DNA of 64,000 nucleotides, taken from contig OZ024742.1 of the NCBI GenBank assembly GCA_964016885.1, positions 250,480,001 through 250,544,000 of the forward strand. Direction: 5' to 3'. The position numbers and the translations under genes are program-made. The DNA comes from Eledone cirrhosa (lineage: Eukaryota). Positions 40,331 through 55,050 of this stretch are shown piece after piece (position 1 is the stretch's first letter; every line of letters begins with the position of its first letter). The notes beneath the pieces were generated by a model. That model saw only the letters and a list, made by a program, of their open reading frames with translations. It was not told the DNA's origin and searched no databases.

Positions 40331-40427
40331 TTTGTTACATCGTGTTGATGCAGACATATATACATACATATATACATACATTTATACATACATATAGATA
40401 CATACATATACATTCCTACATAGATAC

Positions 40428-40930
40428 ATGGTGGCTGCAAACTCTGCTAAGAGTATTGCAATTGCTTGTCAGATTACAGTAAATGGTGTACCTTTAGGCT
40501 ACAGCGAGCCACACGAACCTGTATGATATCTTGAACAAGCAATGCCAGTGCTTTGAAGGTTTTTTAAGTGGTGAACGGCCTTGCACTCGACCAATCCCAT
40601 TCTCTGATCATCGAAAACACTACCCTTAAAGGAGAACTGGTCAACATCATCGCATGTTTTCGAAGCCGCAGGTTTTTTTTTTTCAGAGTTTCCCGCTCTT
40701 AGAAAGATGTTGTGACAACAACTGTGGGCCTTTCACTCCCAGGTGAAAAAAAAGTACTATTTGGATAGCCGGCGGCTCTGCTAAGTTTCTCCGCCCTTTG
40801 TCGGTCATGTATTTCATCCCGCAGTGTGTCCAAATATCACCCTCCTCAGCAAGCAGGCTTGGTGACGACCCGACCATGAGATAGGCTGTACTGGATTACA
40901 TGTTACCAGTAGCACTTGAGAGTGACCTGA
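40428..40930 (-). mobile_element. Second RTE-derived bipartite subfamily
   Basis: Shares the 3' end (CATGGTGGCTGC.AACTC) and the 5' leader (CGACCCGACCATGAGA.AGG.TGTACTGG..ACATGTTACCAGTAGCAC) with the 600-bp family, but has a different middle. Confidence 0.65.
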
Positions 40931-40939
40931 CATACAAAC

Positions 40940-41550
40940 ATGGTGGCTGCCAACTCGTTTTCGAGTACGGCCACTACTTTATATCCATGTAGGAGAACCC
41001 CTACCGATGCGCTGAACGAGTGTGACTTTTTAGTCCAGCCAGCGACTTGAAAACTCTGGTACAAACACTACACCTGTGACAATTATTGATACTTAGTGCT
41101 GGACCGATGGTACCATGTGACGACAAGTGCAGAGAGATCTCCAGATATAAAGCAATGCCTGTGCCGTGAAGCTTTTATAGTGAGCAAAGGCACTGCACAA
41201 AGCCAGTCCCACTCTCTTAACCAAGATGATATTTACCAAAAAGAAGAACAAGTAAAGATCATTGGATACCATCAGGGTTGCAGGTGTTATATCAGAGTTT
41301 TCCTTCTCCTAGAATTCTGCCTTGACAAAAGCGAAGGGGTCATCTCTCCCGGTGATTTTGGATGGCCATTGACTCTTAAGAGCTCCTTTGCCCTTTGACA
41401 GGTTTTGTTTTTAGTCCTGCAGGATGTCCAAAGTCACCCTCCTCACCAAGAAACCTTGGTGGGGTTGCCAGTTTAGTCGCCAACGACCCGACCATGAGAC
41501 AGGTTGTACTAGGATACATGTTACCAGTAGCACCAACTGGTGACCTGACC
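40940..41550 (-). mobile_element. RTE-derived bipartite element (~600 bp)
   Basis: Near-identical to 9174-9778; TACA repeats on both sides. Confidence 0.8.
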
Positions 41551-41851
41551 TACATACATACATACATACATACATACATGCATACATCTCTCAAAATAAT
41601 CAAGTAGAAATGAATATAATAGTCCTGTCTGTGTTTTAGTGATTAATATGATTCTAAAACGATCTGAGGATCAAGTCACGTTGCAAATAAGTGTAACTCA
41701 GAAACAGATATATCTATGCTTTTGTGCATACACACATGCGCAGAGATATGTGTATGTATATGTGTGTACACACACACACAATAACGAGTGTTTAAAAGAA
41801 ATAGAAAAATCAGTGCACGAATATAATTGTCTGTGTTTACGCATGCATATG

Positions 41852-41883
<32 letters not shown>

Positions 41884-41917
41884 CACATATATTCACACAT
41901 AAACTTCCCTGGCGTAT

Positions 41918-42023
<106 letters not shown>

Positions 42024-42101
42024 GTATGTATAATTATCACAAACGTAAACTCCTATAATAACATACAGAGGTGCACACACACACACGCAGACATACATAT
42101 A

Positions 42102-42198
<97 letters not shown>

Positions 42199-43186
42199 AC
42201 TTATATATAGAGAGGGAGAAATTATGAAACTATTGTTTTTATTAGACAGAAGGTAAAGAGATTAACTTTGCAATAATTGCTAATACATGTTAGTGTTAAA
42301 ATAATTATGTACTAGTTAAAATATACACTGTAATAGTGACTACTTACTGGAGCTGTAGATTTTGTTACATTCTAAACACTGCTAAATAAACTAGAAATAT
42401 TTTCTCCCTCTCTATATAACTAACAAGCAGTGAAGGACAAATATATGTTATTGCATACACATAAGTATTGAACTTGCTTCTGTGGAATTCGGAACGTGAG
42501 ATTCCGTCACTTGATAAAATATCGAATGACAACGCTGCATTTATGAGTTTCCGTGACTAGCTAGAAATAGCAGCGGAATTTATATTCCACATGACCATTC
42601 CACGTGAATTGCGCGGTCTCCTTGAACTCCTGGTGGAGTTGTATGGGTACTGCCGGGACAAACCTGGTGCTGTCTATCCCTCTCTAGTTCTGAACACAGA
42701 GAGAAGAGAATTGATCCCTGTACGGGACCGGTAGTTGATTTATTGGTATGGAAAGGGTTTAATGCACGGTATTTGAACTCAGAGAGCAGATAGCCAGAAC
42801 GAATGCCATAAAGCTTTCTAGCCAATGTTCTAATGACCCTGCCAATCGCTACCTTCTATAACACACTAACGATTTAAAAAGATAACTTAATTTATTCTAT
42901 ATTTCTGATGGTGAATAATAGCGTCGCTGGTTATTGACTTCCAATTGACTGATGACAGGATTAATGTATTTCTGACGACAGGATTGAGAAGGGAGTGGCT
43001 GTAAATAAAAGCAGAACAAATATGTCAAGAGTCCCTTTTCCTTGAATACTGGAATTTCGCCTATAATTATTGTGTGTGTGTGTGTCGCAAACTGTGACAC
43101 ACTGCCATATGTGTGAACGTGTGTATCGAATACTTCGTCACTGGCACTTAATTTCACCAACAGACGTGTGAGATTTGACGTGTGTA

Positions 43187-43229
<43 letters not shown>

Positions 43230-43570
43230 GAGAGAGAGAGAGAGAGTTTGTGTACATCAATTAATTACACCGTTAAGCCTATCACATACACAAATTACAT
43301 TCACCACCCCCAGGTGCACGCATTTCTCCCACCCAAGAGATTAATACCAATGTAGATTGTATGAACATCAGCAAGTAATGCTTTGTACGTAGGTGTCATT
43401 AACACCTGCGTATTTTAGAGGAATCAAGGAACATGGTGTAAGTTTACTAAGAATACATTAGTACCATGGTAAGTAAATCTATCTGAAGAAATAATGTGTC
43501 AACTTAAACACTCGTCATATTGGAGTTAAATGTTCACCATTACGACACGCACTAATGTATGTATATATGC

Positions 43571-43662
<92 letters not shown>

Positions 43663-43702
43663 TTATATATATAATATATGGATAAATGCATATATATATA
43701 TA

Positions 43703-44048
<346 letters not shown>

Positions 44049-44479
44049 GTTTCTACTTTTGGTACCAGACAGCAATAATTTATTTATCAAGAGAATAAGA
44101 TGGATTGTGTCTTATTACGAGAGGGAAAAAGCTACTGCAAGTATGACAGCTATAATAAAGTTCTACAATGTAAAATGACACGAGTAAACGAATATGCAAT
44201 ATGGATTATGATTCATAATCAACATTTTCTTATCTATAAAGAACTTTTAAAAATTCTATTAAAAAACTGCCAATGTTAACTTAATAAACAGAGTAAAATA
44301 TTGTTAAACAGGGGAATTAAGAAAAATATATTGAATTATATAATCCCTACCCCAATGTTTCACCCTTAAGGATCATAAGAAAAAGTTCAATAGTAACCCA
44401 TCGATTAGATTGTTATGCCCTTTAACATCAGATATATGAAATATTAGTAAAAACATACTAGATAGCGTTATACGCACAG

Positions 44480-45010
44480 TTAGACAGAAGATTACACTTA
44501 ATTCATGGGGAAATTTTAATGGTCTTATAGAGTGGTTCATGAACTTAGATAATAAGAAGGTGAAATTTTTATGCATCATTTTTCTCTATCCTCCTAATAA
44601 TGGCCTTGCCTCTCACTAATATTACTAGACAGGAAATTGATATTTTCTTGGCTGCCAGATACTATCATATAATTTTATGGTAGCCTTTACACAAGGAAAA
44701 ACCGTCCAAATTATTTAGACAATACTATCGGATCTAGGTTATTAGGTTGTTTCTCCTAAATCGATTAAGTAGAGAATTCATTTGCATGGACGTATAACTA
44801 TTGTTACTAATATAAAAATAGTTAATTTCTTGGATGTGTCATTAGAATTAGATACCGAAATATTATGCACATAATAATTCGAAACATTCCAAATCTATTA
44901 TCAAATTTACTATTAATAATGTATCTGGTAAACAAAGAGATTTTTGACTAGCATGCTCGATACTATAATGAAGCACTTATTAAATCAGGATATACCGAGA
45001 AAATATACTT
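44480..45010 (+). mobile_element. Very degraded Penelope-like RT fragment
   Basis: VNFLDVSLEL and HARYYNEALIKSG-like segments resemble ASYYNNALNRAGY at 57705-58043. Confidence 0.5.
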
Positions 45011-45199
45011 CAACTCTATTAAAAGGGTTGTTAATAATACCATTGCCCATCAAATTGTTTCCCAACATCCCCTTAATAATACTAATGTTAATGAAAATAG
45101 TAAACATAATAAACGTAGAATAAAAAATGCCCGTAAAATCGAGACTAGTGCTAATAATATTAATAATAACAACAACATCAGCAAGCATTGTTGTAGCAG

Positions 45200-46220
45200 A
45201 AAATATGGGTGTAGATGTCAAGGCAAAGAAAAACAGTAAAGGACACAAAAAAGAGCCATGGTGGAAAAGGAGAATATACAAGCCAGAATAGATTCTTGAG
45301 GGATATTTTTGTCTTAGTCTGAAAAGAAAAGAAAGAGCTTAGAAATAAAACAAAATAGAGAGCACAGGAAAGAAATGATGACATTAGAAGAAAGGGCCAA
45401 AAAGTAGTAATGGAAGAATTCAAGCAACATCTTATAATCAAAAAAGCAAAGATAGCTACATAGGAACAAAGAATAAAGCAATATCAGCAAACAGACTATT
45501 CAGAGTAGACGAAAATAGATTTCACTAAGAAATAAAGGGAGAGTGTACAAATGAAGTGATTATACCAGTTAACATTGATAGTCAAATCTTTTGGAGCGAC
45601 ATTTGGAGTAAAGAGGCGCACAAGAAGGACGCTCAATCGTTAAAAGAAATTAAACAAACAGTTTGCCCAAGCAAAGGCAGAACTAGTCATTTCAGCTAGG
45701 GATGTGAAGGAAGCCAGAAAAAAGATGAACAACTGGAGGTCTCTGAGACTAAATGGAGTTCAAAGTTACTGCAGCAAAAGATTTAGTCAGTGCCATGAAC
45801 GAACAACTGAACAATTCAGCATATTGCTAAATGCTGATCAAGTGATACTGGAGTGGCTGACAAAAGGCAGGACAGTTTTGTGCTTAAACAATATCAATAA
45901 AGGGAATGTGGTAGTCAACTACCGACCGATAACAGGCCTACCAAGTATGTAGAAATTATTAACAGCAATAATCGCAGAATCAATGTACAGTCATCTTGGA
46001 GAAAATGGAGTTGTACAAGATGAGCAGAAATTGTGCAAGCGTAAGTGAATAGGTAGAAAGGACCAGTTTTTGATAGATATAACTATACTTAAGGATAGCA
46101 AGAGGAGGAAAACCAACTTGACCATGGTGTAGATTGATTACCGCAAAGCCTATGATTTCGAACTCTTGGATTATGGAATGCATTTACTTATATGGTGTTG
46201 CATCAAACGTTGAGCGATTC
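45200..46220 (+). mobile_element. Degraded R4/RLE-group RT fragment
   Basis: PWWKRRI, FWSDIWS, NW..L.GVQ.Y, WLTKGRTVL..KG..NYRPITGL, IDYRKAYD. Confidence 0.75.
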
Positions 46221-47719
46221 TTAATTAAAAACCTTTACTTCTTAAGCTACATTAAACTGGTATTTAAAAAGCTATAGCCTCTACTGGTGGGGTAGAAGTA
46301 AATGCAATGTTTGTCTGACCGAATCGTTAGAAATAATTACTTTTTAAATGATCCTTCTGAGTTCGAAAAATAAAATAAGTCATTCCTGTCCACATTAAAA
46401 TTTTATTCTCTCTTTTACAAAAATTTCGATCTTGATTAATTATATCCATTACAGCGTTGTTTAAGTATTTTGATTAACACTTAGAAAACATACATACCCT
46501 ACCATTATGTTAAATTATCTTGTAAAATTCAAATCTGTTACCCATTTGTTTACTATTAATTTTTAATGAGCTCCAAGTTTTAATTCATACGCGCACACAC
46601 ACACACACACGCACACATACACACACACACACGTTCAAAATGTTTTCCTTTTGCTCTCCTATTCATTATATAGCTCCACCTAGTAGCTCCATATAGGTTA
46701 TATTCGCTGCATCATTTATAATGTAGATTATCTCCTCTGTGCTGATGTAATTTAGACAGTGGAATTTCTCAAGTCACTAATTTATTTTCATTATAGATAT
46801 ATTTAATTACTCTTTTGTGCATTTTAATGTTCTTTTAGGATATTCTAAATGTTTTTGTTTTGTTTTAAGTTCACTTACGAAGCGATTGTAGTCTTCATGA
46901 TACCTATTAGTATACAGCTAGCTCTATTTTAATGTATGTTATCCGTCTTGTAACGAAATATTATAGTTAGTGTAATATCTATAGTTACTGAACGTAAATA
47001 TTTCGTGATTTGTAAATTTTATTTTATATTTTAGGCTTCCATAATTTCAATGTTTACCCTATTATATTTAAACATTATTATTTACAGCATCGCTTATTTC
47101 TCCCACGGGTATATTAAAACATGCGAGTTAAATTATTTATATTAAATTGACACTGGTTAACTCTTCTTACTGTAATGAACTCTTCATTCCTGTTAGGCTA
47201 GCGAAACGTTCGTAAGTACATTAAATGTTTTAATAATAATCCTTGTCTAAACTTTCGTGTATATATATATATGTGTGTGGCTGTATTTCTGTGAGTGTGT
47301 GTGTATGATTGTATATGTGTATGGATAGGTATGTGATGCGAATAAACAGTAAGTATTTGCTAAGGTACAGGTATGCATACAAACGCAAATACATATATGT
47401 GTGTATTTATATACACACACATCTCATTCTGTTATTTTGCCCGAGAAAATATCTATATGTGTCATTAAGCGATGCGCATATATGGTTATTTTTTCATATC
47501 CAATTGAGTTCTTAGCACGTGGCTTGAATTCTTTTCAGAATTCAACGACCTGCGCATGTATTGTTTTTGGCGGTAGTTTCCTTCCTCCTATTTTTGGGAC
47601 AGTGTGAGATTTTCTTTAGAACTACTGGACTAACAACCTAGCAGCTCCCTCAAGCACTGATGGTGATTATCGCTAAATATTGATGTTGATTTGGTTATCA
47701 ATATTAATATTATTGGGCA

Positions 47720-47842
47720 CCCACTGAAGAATTATAAGAGCCCACTTGAATAAGTATCTGTTGATCTTATACAAGCTTTTACATAATTTGGTATAATTTC
47801 ACCCAACTTGTAGAAATCTTATAATGAAACGAGTCGTCTGGG
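47720..47842 (+). ncRNA. Type I hammerhead ribozyme with a long stem II insertion
   Basis: ccca-CTGAAGA-attataaga..(~77 nt)..tcttataat-GAAA-cgagtcg-TC-tggg. The downstream tail 47890-48015 resembles 31250-31378. Confidence 0.78.
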
Positions 47843-48054
47843 AAGTGATATATTTAATATATCTCATATGAAATGATACAGCCAATTTTCCACACAATAC
47901 AATTAGTTAGCACCCGAACGTTTAATTAGGAATATACTCAGGTATTTCCTAATGTTTGTTGACTGAGTTGAAATTTGGCCGGAGTATCGCTATTAGCTTT
48001 CTCCGATTATGTATTTATAAATATATATATATGTGTGTATGTGTGTACTGTATA

Positions 48055-48204
48055 GTGGGCATATCTTTTGTCTGTCGCATTTGCTGCAGATCGTGCAAAT
48101 CTAATGGTGGACTTGAAAGCCACCTAAGGGGCCATGCATGGATTTGGTGATGGTTGATGGTGGTGCATAGGGAGACGGCAATCATCTGCAAAGATAAGCA
48201 ATCA

Positions 48205-48208
<4 letters not shown>
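48055..48208 (+). mobile_element. RTE LINE 3' end fragment
   Basis: FVCRICCRSCKSNGGLESHLRGH, then a short UTR ending CACCAT-(AT)n. Confidence 0.7.
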
Positions 48209-48256
<48 letters not shown>

Positions 48257-48716
48257 CTAGAGATATCCCCATAGTTTTGTCTAAATAAAATGATGAGAAG
48301 CTCTAATGTAATGTTAGGGCTATTAATTATGCAGATAAAAAAAAATCGAGGTAAGATACAGGAGGTAGGATCCGAAAGATTCGAAAATAAGCCGCATCAC
48401 AGATCATTAATATGTATTATCGAATAGAAAACCAAAGATTTTGCAGGAATCTAAACATTTTTTATTGTCCGTACGTGACAAGATAATCGATAATCGATTA
48501 GATGATTATAATCATCTCCGCAGGAATAGTAAATGACTAAATAAAAATCCCTTAGGCGAGAAAATAAATAGTAATACTAAATGATGCGGTCGGTATAAGT
48601 CATGTTAAGTAATTACGTTAAGAAGAAGAATTATGTTAAGAATTATAGATATTTTCTAATAATTGCATTACGTGTTCCAGCCGAACAGGTAATGCAAGTA
48701 TTACAATGCTGAAGCC

Positions 48717-48831
<115 letters not shown>

Positions 48832-48995
48832 TGTGTAGTTCCACAACAGTTAGAAAACCGTTTCCGAGGACGATAATAGAATCCTTCATATTACCCACTC
48901 TACTAGTAGAATGGGTAATATTAAGGATTCTACTAACCAAAGTATCGAGTACTCTGGTGAGTAATTGTCTATCTGGTTTTTACTGCCAAATCCTT

Positions 48996-49090
<95 letters not shown>

Positions 49091-49683
49091 ATTAATCTCC
49101 AGAGTCTAGCTATTGAGCAGTTAATTTTATTGATTTTTTCAGTTACTTATATTGACTGTTGAATAGCTCTGTTATATTTAACCATTCTGTCGAGAGCTTT
49201 ATTCGATTTGTGATATTTTGCATTCTCGCAATAATACACAACTGAATCATTCGATTAATAGAGGTGTTACCTCCCTTGCTGAATCCCACGAGGGGTCAGT
49301 AATAGCCACACTATCTATAGCATCTTGGAGCAAAACCCGTTGATAGCACGACTGCCTTGTTCATCATCTCACCAGAAGCCCAACATTCTTTATGTAGACG
49401 GACAGTACCTGATTTGGAGTCGCAGAAACCAATACTGGATTTTACCATCAGTCCAGGGTCCGGGAAAGTATCAACACATATATTTTTATTGTTTGACCCG
49501 AATTACTTGGTCGTTTTGTTTTGGCTGTGCGGATGATATGTTTAACCATCATCTCAGTGTGTTTGGCCCTTAACGTATGTTGTAGCTCTGATTCATATGA
49601 TTCATCAAGCGCTTGCCACACATATCGGACGTTGATTTTCGTTAATTCCTGAGCTGAAAACGATTCTCGCTAATTTATATTTG

Positions 49684-49720
<37 letters not shown>

Positions 49721-50231
49721 GTAAGTATGTATGTACATATATATGCATATAAACGCATATATACATGTATATACATATATATAATACTTACACGTATACT
49801 TACACATACATTTATATGCTACTGCCAATATTTTGCCACAATCTCTGAATCCAACATGTTTCCATAGAATAATAATAATAATAATAATCTCCCCACCACT
49901 ACCACCACTCCCACCGTGACCTTCGCTGTTATTCTAATATTCCACTATCCTGTTACATAGTTCATAGAAGAAACTGTTTCCTTTCCACTCCACCAGATTA
50001 CACTACTATTCCTCCTACTACTGCTACCCACTACTATTACTACTACTCAATCACAATCTTGATTCACTAGATTTTATGTAAGTAATATAGCTGAGAAGAG
50101 TCATAGATGAATACAATCATAATATTATGACATGTCGTAACAACTGCTATATAAAAACAACAACGGCCGTCATGTTGGATATATCAACTGTACTGACATT
50201 TTCCTTGCCTCCTCCACCTTCTTATTTGACA

Positions 50232-50289
<58 letters not shown>

Positions 50290-50369
50290 TTTGGAATGGT
50301 AAATAGATCAAACGGTTAAATAACAGAACGGATATTATTCTGTGGAAACTATGAAACAAAAGCACTATG

Positions 50370-50405
<36 letters not shown>

Positions 50406-50413
50406 GTTGTTAT

Positions 50414-50560
50414 TCCTTGAATCTTAGTCATTGATGTTGGTTAACTGGAAAGTCCGTTGGAATGAATATCAAGCCACTACCTGCAGCCTCAGATATTCAG
50501 GACGTATCGGAGGGTTCTTGCTGTTCCAAGCAAGCATGCCTTTTGAAGCGTTCCAAAAAG
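50414..50560 (-). mobile_element. 3' fragment of an R4/Dong-like LINE
   Basis: Matches 53175-53320; (ATT)n on both sides. Confidence 0.88.
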
Positions 50561-50626
50561 CGTGTATTATTATTATTATTATTACTATTATTATTATTAT
50601 TATTACTATCATCATCATCATAATCA

Positions 50627-50926
50627 TGAGAAATGGAAAAATTGAGAGAGGGCGCTTGCCCTGGTGGTCATGGTGGCCGTGGTTTTTTGTGTGGTTTTCG
50701 CCACGAGTAACCCTCGGAGGTTTCCCCCCTATTGGGGAATTTTTCATTGTTTCAATTTTCATTTTTATTGTTTATATATATATATATGTTTCAATGTCTT
50801 TTTTCTTTTCTTATATAAATAACAAAAATATTTACACGCACAAAACCCACATCGTACCATATCGTACCGTATTGCCGTATATAATGTTTTTTCTTGATGT
50901 CAGCCCTTGTGGCCAATAAAGAAATC
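50627..50926 (+). mobile_element. Probable Tx1-type 3'UTR fragment in (ATC/ATT)n
   Basis: Terminus GCCCTTGTGGCCAATAAAGAAATC resembles the Tx1 ends at ~12990 and ~17587. Confidence 0.6.
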
Positions 50927-50941
50927 ATTATTATTATTATA

Positions 50942-51127
50942 AGGGCGGTGAATTGGCAGTATCAGTAGAGGGTTGGACGTCATGCTTTCTAGCATAGTTA
51001 CGTCCCTTTATGGTCTGAGTTCAAATCCCGTCGAGGTTAACTTTACCTCTCATCCTTACGGAGTCGATAAAATAAAGTACCAGTAATGTACTGGGTAATT
51101 GCTGGCCTTGTGCCTAAAGTAGAAACA

Positions 51128-51130
<3 letters not shown>
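50942..51130 (+). mobile_element. Full-length tRNA-derived SINE
   Basis: A and B boxes; (ATT)n/(GTT)n tail to ~51310. Confidence 0.9.
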
Positions 51131-51160
<30 letters not shown>

Positions 51161-51180
51161 GTTGTTGTTGTTTTTGTTGC

Positions 51181-51214
<34 letters not shown>

Positions 51215-51229
51215 GCTGTTGTTGTTGTC

Positions 51230-51300
<71 letters not shown>

Positions 51301-51843
51301 CATATTATTATATTAATATTTTTCTTTATTTTGCTATTATTGTTATCATTATTTTTGAATGCCAATGCCCCCCTACTGAACTAAGAAAAACATGAAATAT
51401 TGAAAAGCCAGTAACCATATATGGATAATTACTGCAGATTTTATCAAGATCTCCAAATTTGCAGAATTTCAATGATTTCTACATATAAACCTCCTCCGTA
51501 TACTCTAGTTTATCATTCCATCTTCCCCTTTTAGCCCTTCCCTCGATGACCCTACTTGTTGTCTATACTATGCATGAACCAACGTGGAGTAGAGATACTC
51601 AACGTGGTTACTCGACCTGCTAGAAATATCAGATAAATCTCTCTCTAAGACCACACTTATAAATACCATCATAATATTGAAATATTCAATATTAATATTC
51701 TCTATTAATTGAATTAAATTAAATACGGTGTATTTTATTGGAAATATTGCCCTAAAGAGTTTTAAATTTCTTACTTAAAATAAAACCTTCTGACATAATT
51801 TGATATAAGGACCTTTTTAAAATTGTTCAAATACCATTTTAAT

Positions 51844-52013
51844 AATTGTTTCTACTTTTGGCACAAGGCATTATTGGTACTTTATTTTATCGACCCCGTA
51901 AGGATGAAAGGCAAAGTTAACCTCGGCAGGACTTGAACTCAGAACATAAAGGGCCATAACTCTATGCTGCAAAGCATGGTGTCTGACACTCTACCGATAT
52001 TGCCAATCCACCA
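51844..52013 (-). mobile_element. tRNA-derived SINE with target-site duplication
   Basis: Match to the family; ACCATTTTAATAAT on both sides. Confidence 0.9.
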
Positions 52014-52987
52014 TTTTAATAATGAAATATTTAATAATTTTATTCAATGCTTCGAAATACATTATTAATTAAAGGAAAATAGTACATGTCATTCGAAATG
52101 TTGTCACGAGAGATTTAACGCAGACGACTTCAGCGAAGCTAATTGCTGGAAAGGTCATGTTGAAAAGGACATCCTCTAAAATTGCTGCGCGCCAATGACA
52201 TGCTTGGCGCTGAGAGGACAATCGAACCTGACAACAGTTCATTTTAATAAAGAAACTAATCAGTGGAGGGTGAAAACGGGTCTTTTTTTTTTCATTCGAG
52301 AATCATCGGTGAACAGGAACGGACATACATTGTGGAATACCTCAATAATCAGTAGCTACTTTAATTAACATCTATAGATTTCATTATAACAGATTATAAT
52401 CGTCATCACCCGAGCATTCAGTATTTTTTTTTATATTTACGATCCATCTTTCTTATAATTATTTTAATTTCACCGTCCTGTATTGTCCTGTATTGTCCTT
52501 AATGTTTTACTTTGTGTCAACCCTTGTGGTTAATAAAGAAAGTATTATTTTAATTTCATTCAATCATACCGCCACTGAGTTATTATTATTATTATCATTA
52601 TTATTTCGTTGTTGTACTGCCCGTAACCTCTTTGGTTATTATGGCGAATGAAAGAAATTATTTTTGTTGTTATATCTACTGTTTCGCCCTTTATTGTTTT
52701 CCCCCTTCCCTTTATGCACTGACAAGTTTTTCTCCCTTGTATTGACCCCCTACATCGTGTACCCTAGTGGTCAATAAAAGAAATCATCATCATCATCATC
52801 ATCATCGTCGTCATTATTATTATTACTATTTGTTTTCATTTATCTTGCTTTATGTTCATACGAGTTATCACCGAGTCACAACCAGTTACCTGAAGAGACA
52901 ACAAGGTCCATCATGTTCAAGAAAGAACACATACACACATACATGTATCCTTAGATGTTTAGACTTGTGATGTATTTATTATTATTA

Positions 52988-53160
52988 ATTGGCAGTATCG
53001 GTAGAGAGTCGGACGCCATGCTTTGCAGCATAGTTACGTCCCTTTACGATCTGAGTTCAAATCCCGCCGAGGTTTACTTTGCCTTACGGAGTCGATAAAA
53101 TAAAGTACCAGTAATGTACTGGGTATTTGCTGGCTTTGTGCCAAAAGTAGAAACAATTAT
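52988..53160 (+). mobile_element. tRNA-derived SINE
   Basis: Match to the family. Confidence 0.9.
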
Positions 53161-53174
53161 TACTATTATTATTG

Positions 53175-54621
53175 TTCTTTGGGTCTCAGTCATTGATGTT
53201 ATTTAACTGGAAAGTTTGTTGAAATGAATATCAAGCCGCTACCTGCAGCCTCAGATATTCAGGACGTATCGGAGGGTTCTTGCTGTTCCCAGCAAGCATG
53301 CCTTTTGAAGTGTTCCCAAAAGCGGGGCTGGACTAATCTTCTTTAACCATCCTTGGAAACTCTTTGAGATAGTACTTAGTGCGCCTATGACAATCGGGAC
53401 GACCTTGATTTCATAGCAGTTATAAATCTTTTTTAACTCCCACTTTAAATCCTGGTATCGGTTAATTTTCTCCCTCTCGTTTTTTTGCACTCTCGTGTCA
53501 AATGGGCAGGCTACATCTACAATCAGGCACGATCTTTTTTCCTGGTCCAGGTCAGGCCTATTGTGTTCTAATTTCTTGTATGCCTGTATCCTAAAATCCC
53601 ATAACACCTTCACCTGATCGTTTTCTATCACCGACTCTGGTTTATGCTCATACCACTTCTCAGAATGTGATAAATTGTTTACTTTGCATAGATGCCAGTT
53701 GATCACCCTGCCTATCACATCATGTGTCCAGCCTTTATAGTGAGTCTGGGCTTGGTGTATACACTCGGATACAATGTGAGCCACAGTCTCCGCCATCTCT
53801 CCACAGATCCTACACAGTGAGTCAGCCTCCTCCTTGTCAATATGGTGCTTCACCCACTTCGTTCTGAGGGCTTGCTCTTGCGCAGCCATTAGCATTCCTT
53901 CTGTAGCTTTTTTAAGGTCTCCTCTTTTTAACCAGTTCCATGTCTGTGGATCTCTAAATTCCGTTTTCTTAAAGAAGGTACTATGAAGGTATTTTTCATG
54001 AAGGTTGCTCTTCTTCCTTGTTGTTAATTCCTCCTTGGACATCCCCTGGTCTATTGTCTTCTCCTTCAGTACAATTTTGAGCATTGGCTCCCTACTGTCA
54101 GTCACATATTTGTGCAGGTTGTTTTTCTCCATCTGAACACAGTCCTCTATGCTGATAAGACCTCTTCCGCATTCAGATCTCTTTCAGTAGAGTCTATCGA
54201 CATCACTCCCCTTGTGGAACATGTTGTAAATAGTCAATAGCTTCCTAGTCTTCCTATCCATTTCTTTTTGTTCAGCAACATTCCATTTCAGAATTCCCGC
54301 ACTGTACCTAATAATAGATACAGCTCGGGAATTCACTGCCCTTATGACATTCCTACTATTTAGATGTGATTTTAATACGCTCCTTACTCTCCTAATGTAC
54401 TCAGTTCTTATCAATTCCTTCATTTTTTTGTTCTTGATGTCATCTGCCTCCAGAACATTTAAATATGTGTATCCCTCTTTAGTGTCAATTTCCTTTATCA
54501 TCTCACCTGTTGGTACATGGATTCCGTTGCTTCTGCTCAATTTACCCCTCTTCATCACTAGGACTCCACACTTATTAATACCAAATTCCATACATATATA
54601 TCATTGCTGAAAATACGGACA
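53175..54621 (-). mobile_element. 5'-truncated R4/Dong-like non-LTR retrotransposon (RT C-terminus, CCHC finger, restriction-like endonuclease)
   Basis: MEFGINKC..YTYLNV, AAQEQALRT, CRICGEMAETVAHIVSEC, HNRPDL..VDVACPFD..EKINRYQDL..VPIVIGAL; the 3' end abuts (AAT)n. Confidence 0.93.
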
Positions 54622-54802
54622 GTGAATTGGCAGTATCGGAAGTGGGTCGGACGACATGCTTTCATGCATAGAGTTACGGCCCTTGCCATTCTGAGTTCAA
54701 ATCCCGCCGAGGTTAACGTTGCCTTTCATCCTTACGGGGTCGATAAAATAAAGTACCAGTAATGTACTGGTAATTGCTGGCCTTGTGCCAATAGTAGAAA
54801 CA

Positions 54803-54850
<48 letters not shown>

Positions 54851-55050
54851 CAAGGTGCTGTGGATTGGCAGTATCGGTAGAGGGTCGGACGCCATGCTTT
54901 GCAGCATAGAGTTATGGTCCTTTGCGGTCTGCATTCAAATCCCACCGAAGTTAGCTTTGCCTTTCATGCTTACGGGGACGATAAAATAAAACACCACTAA
55001 TGCACTGGGGTAATTGCTGGCCTTGTGCCTAAAGTAGAAACAATTATTAT
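54622..55050 (+). mobile_element. Two tandem SINEs (54622-54805, 54853-55050) separated by (ATT)n
   Basis: Both have A and B boxes and the family body. Confidence 0.9.
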
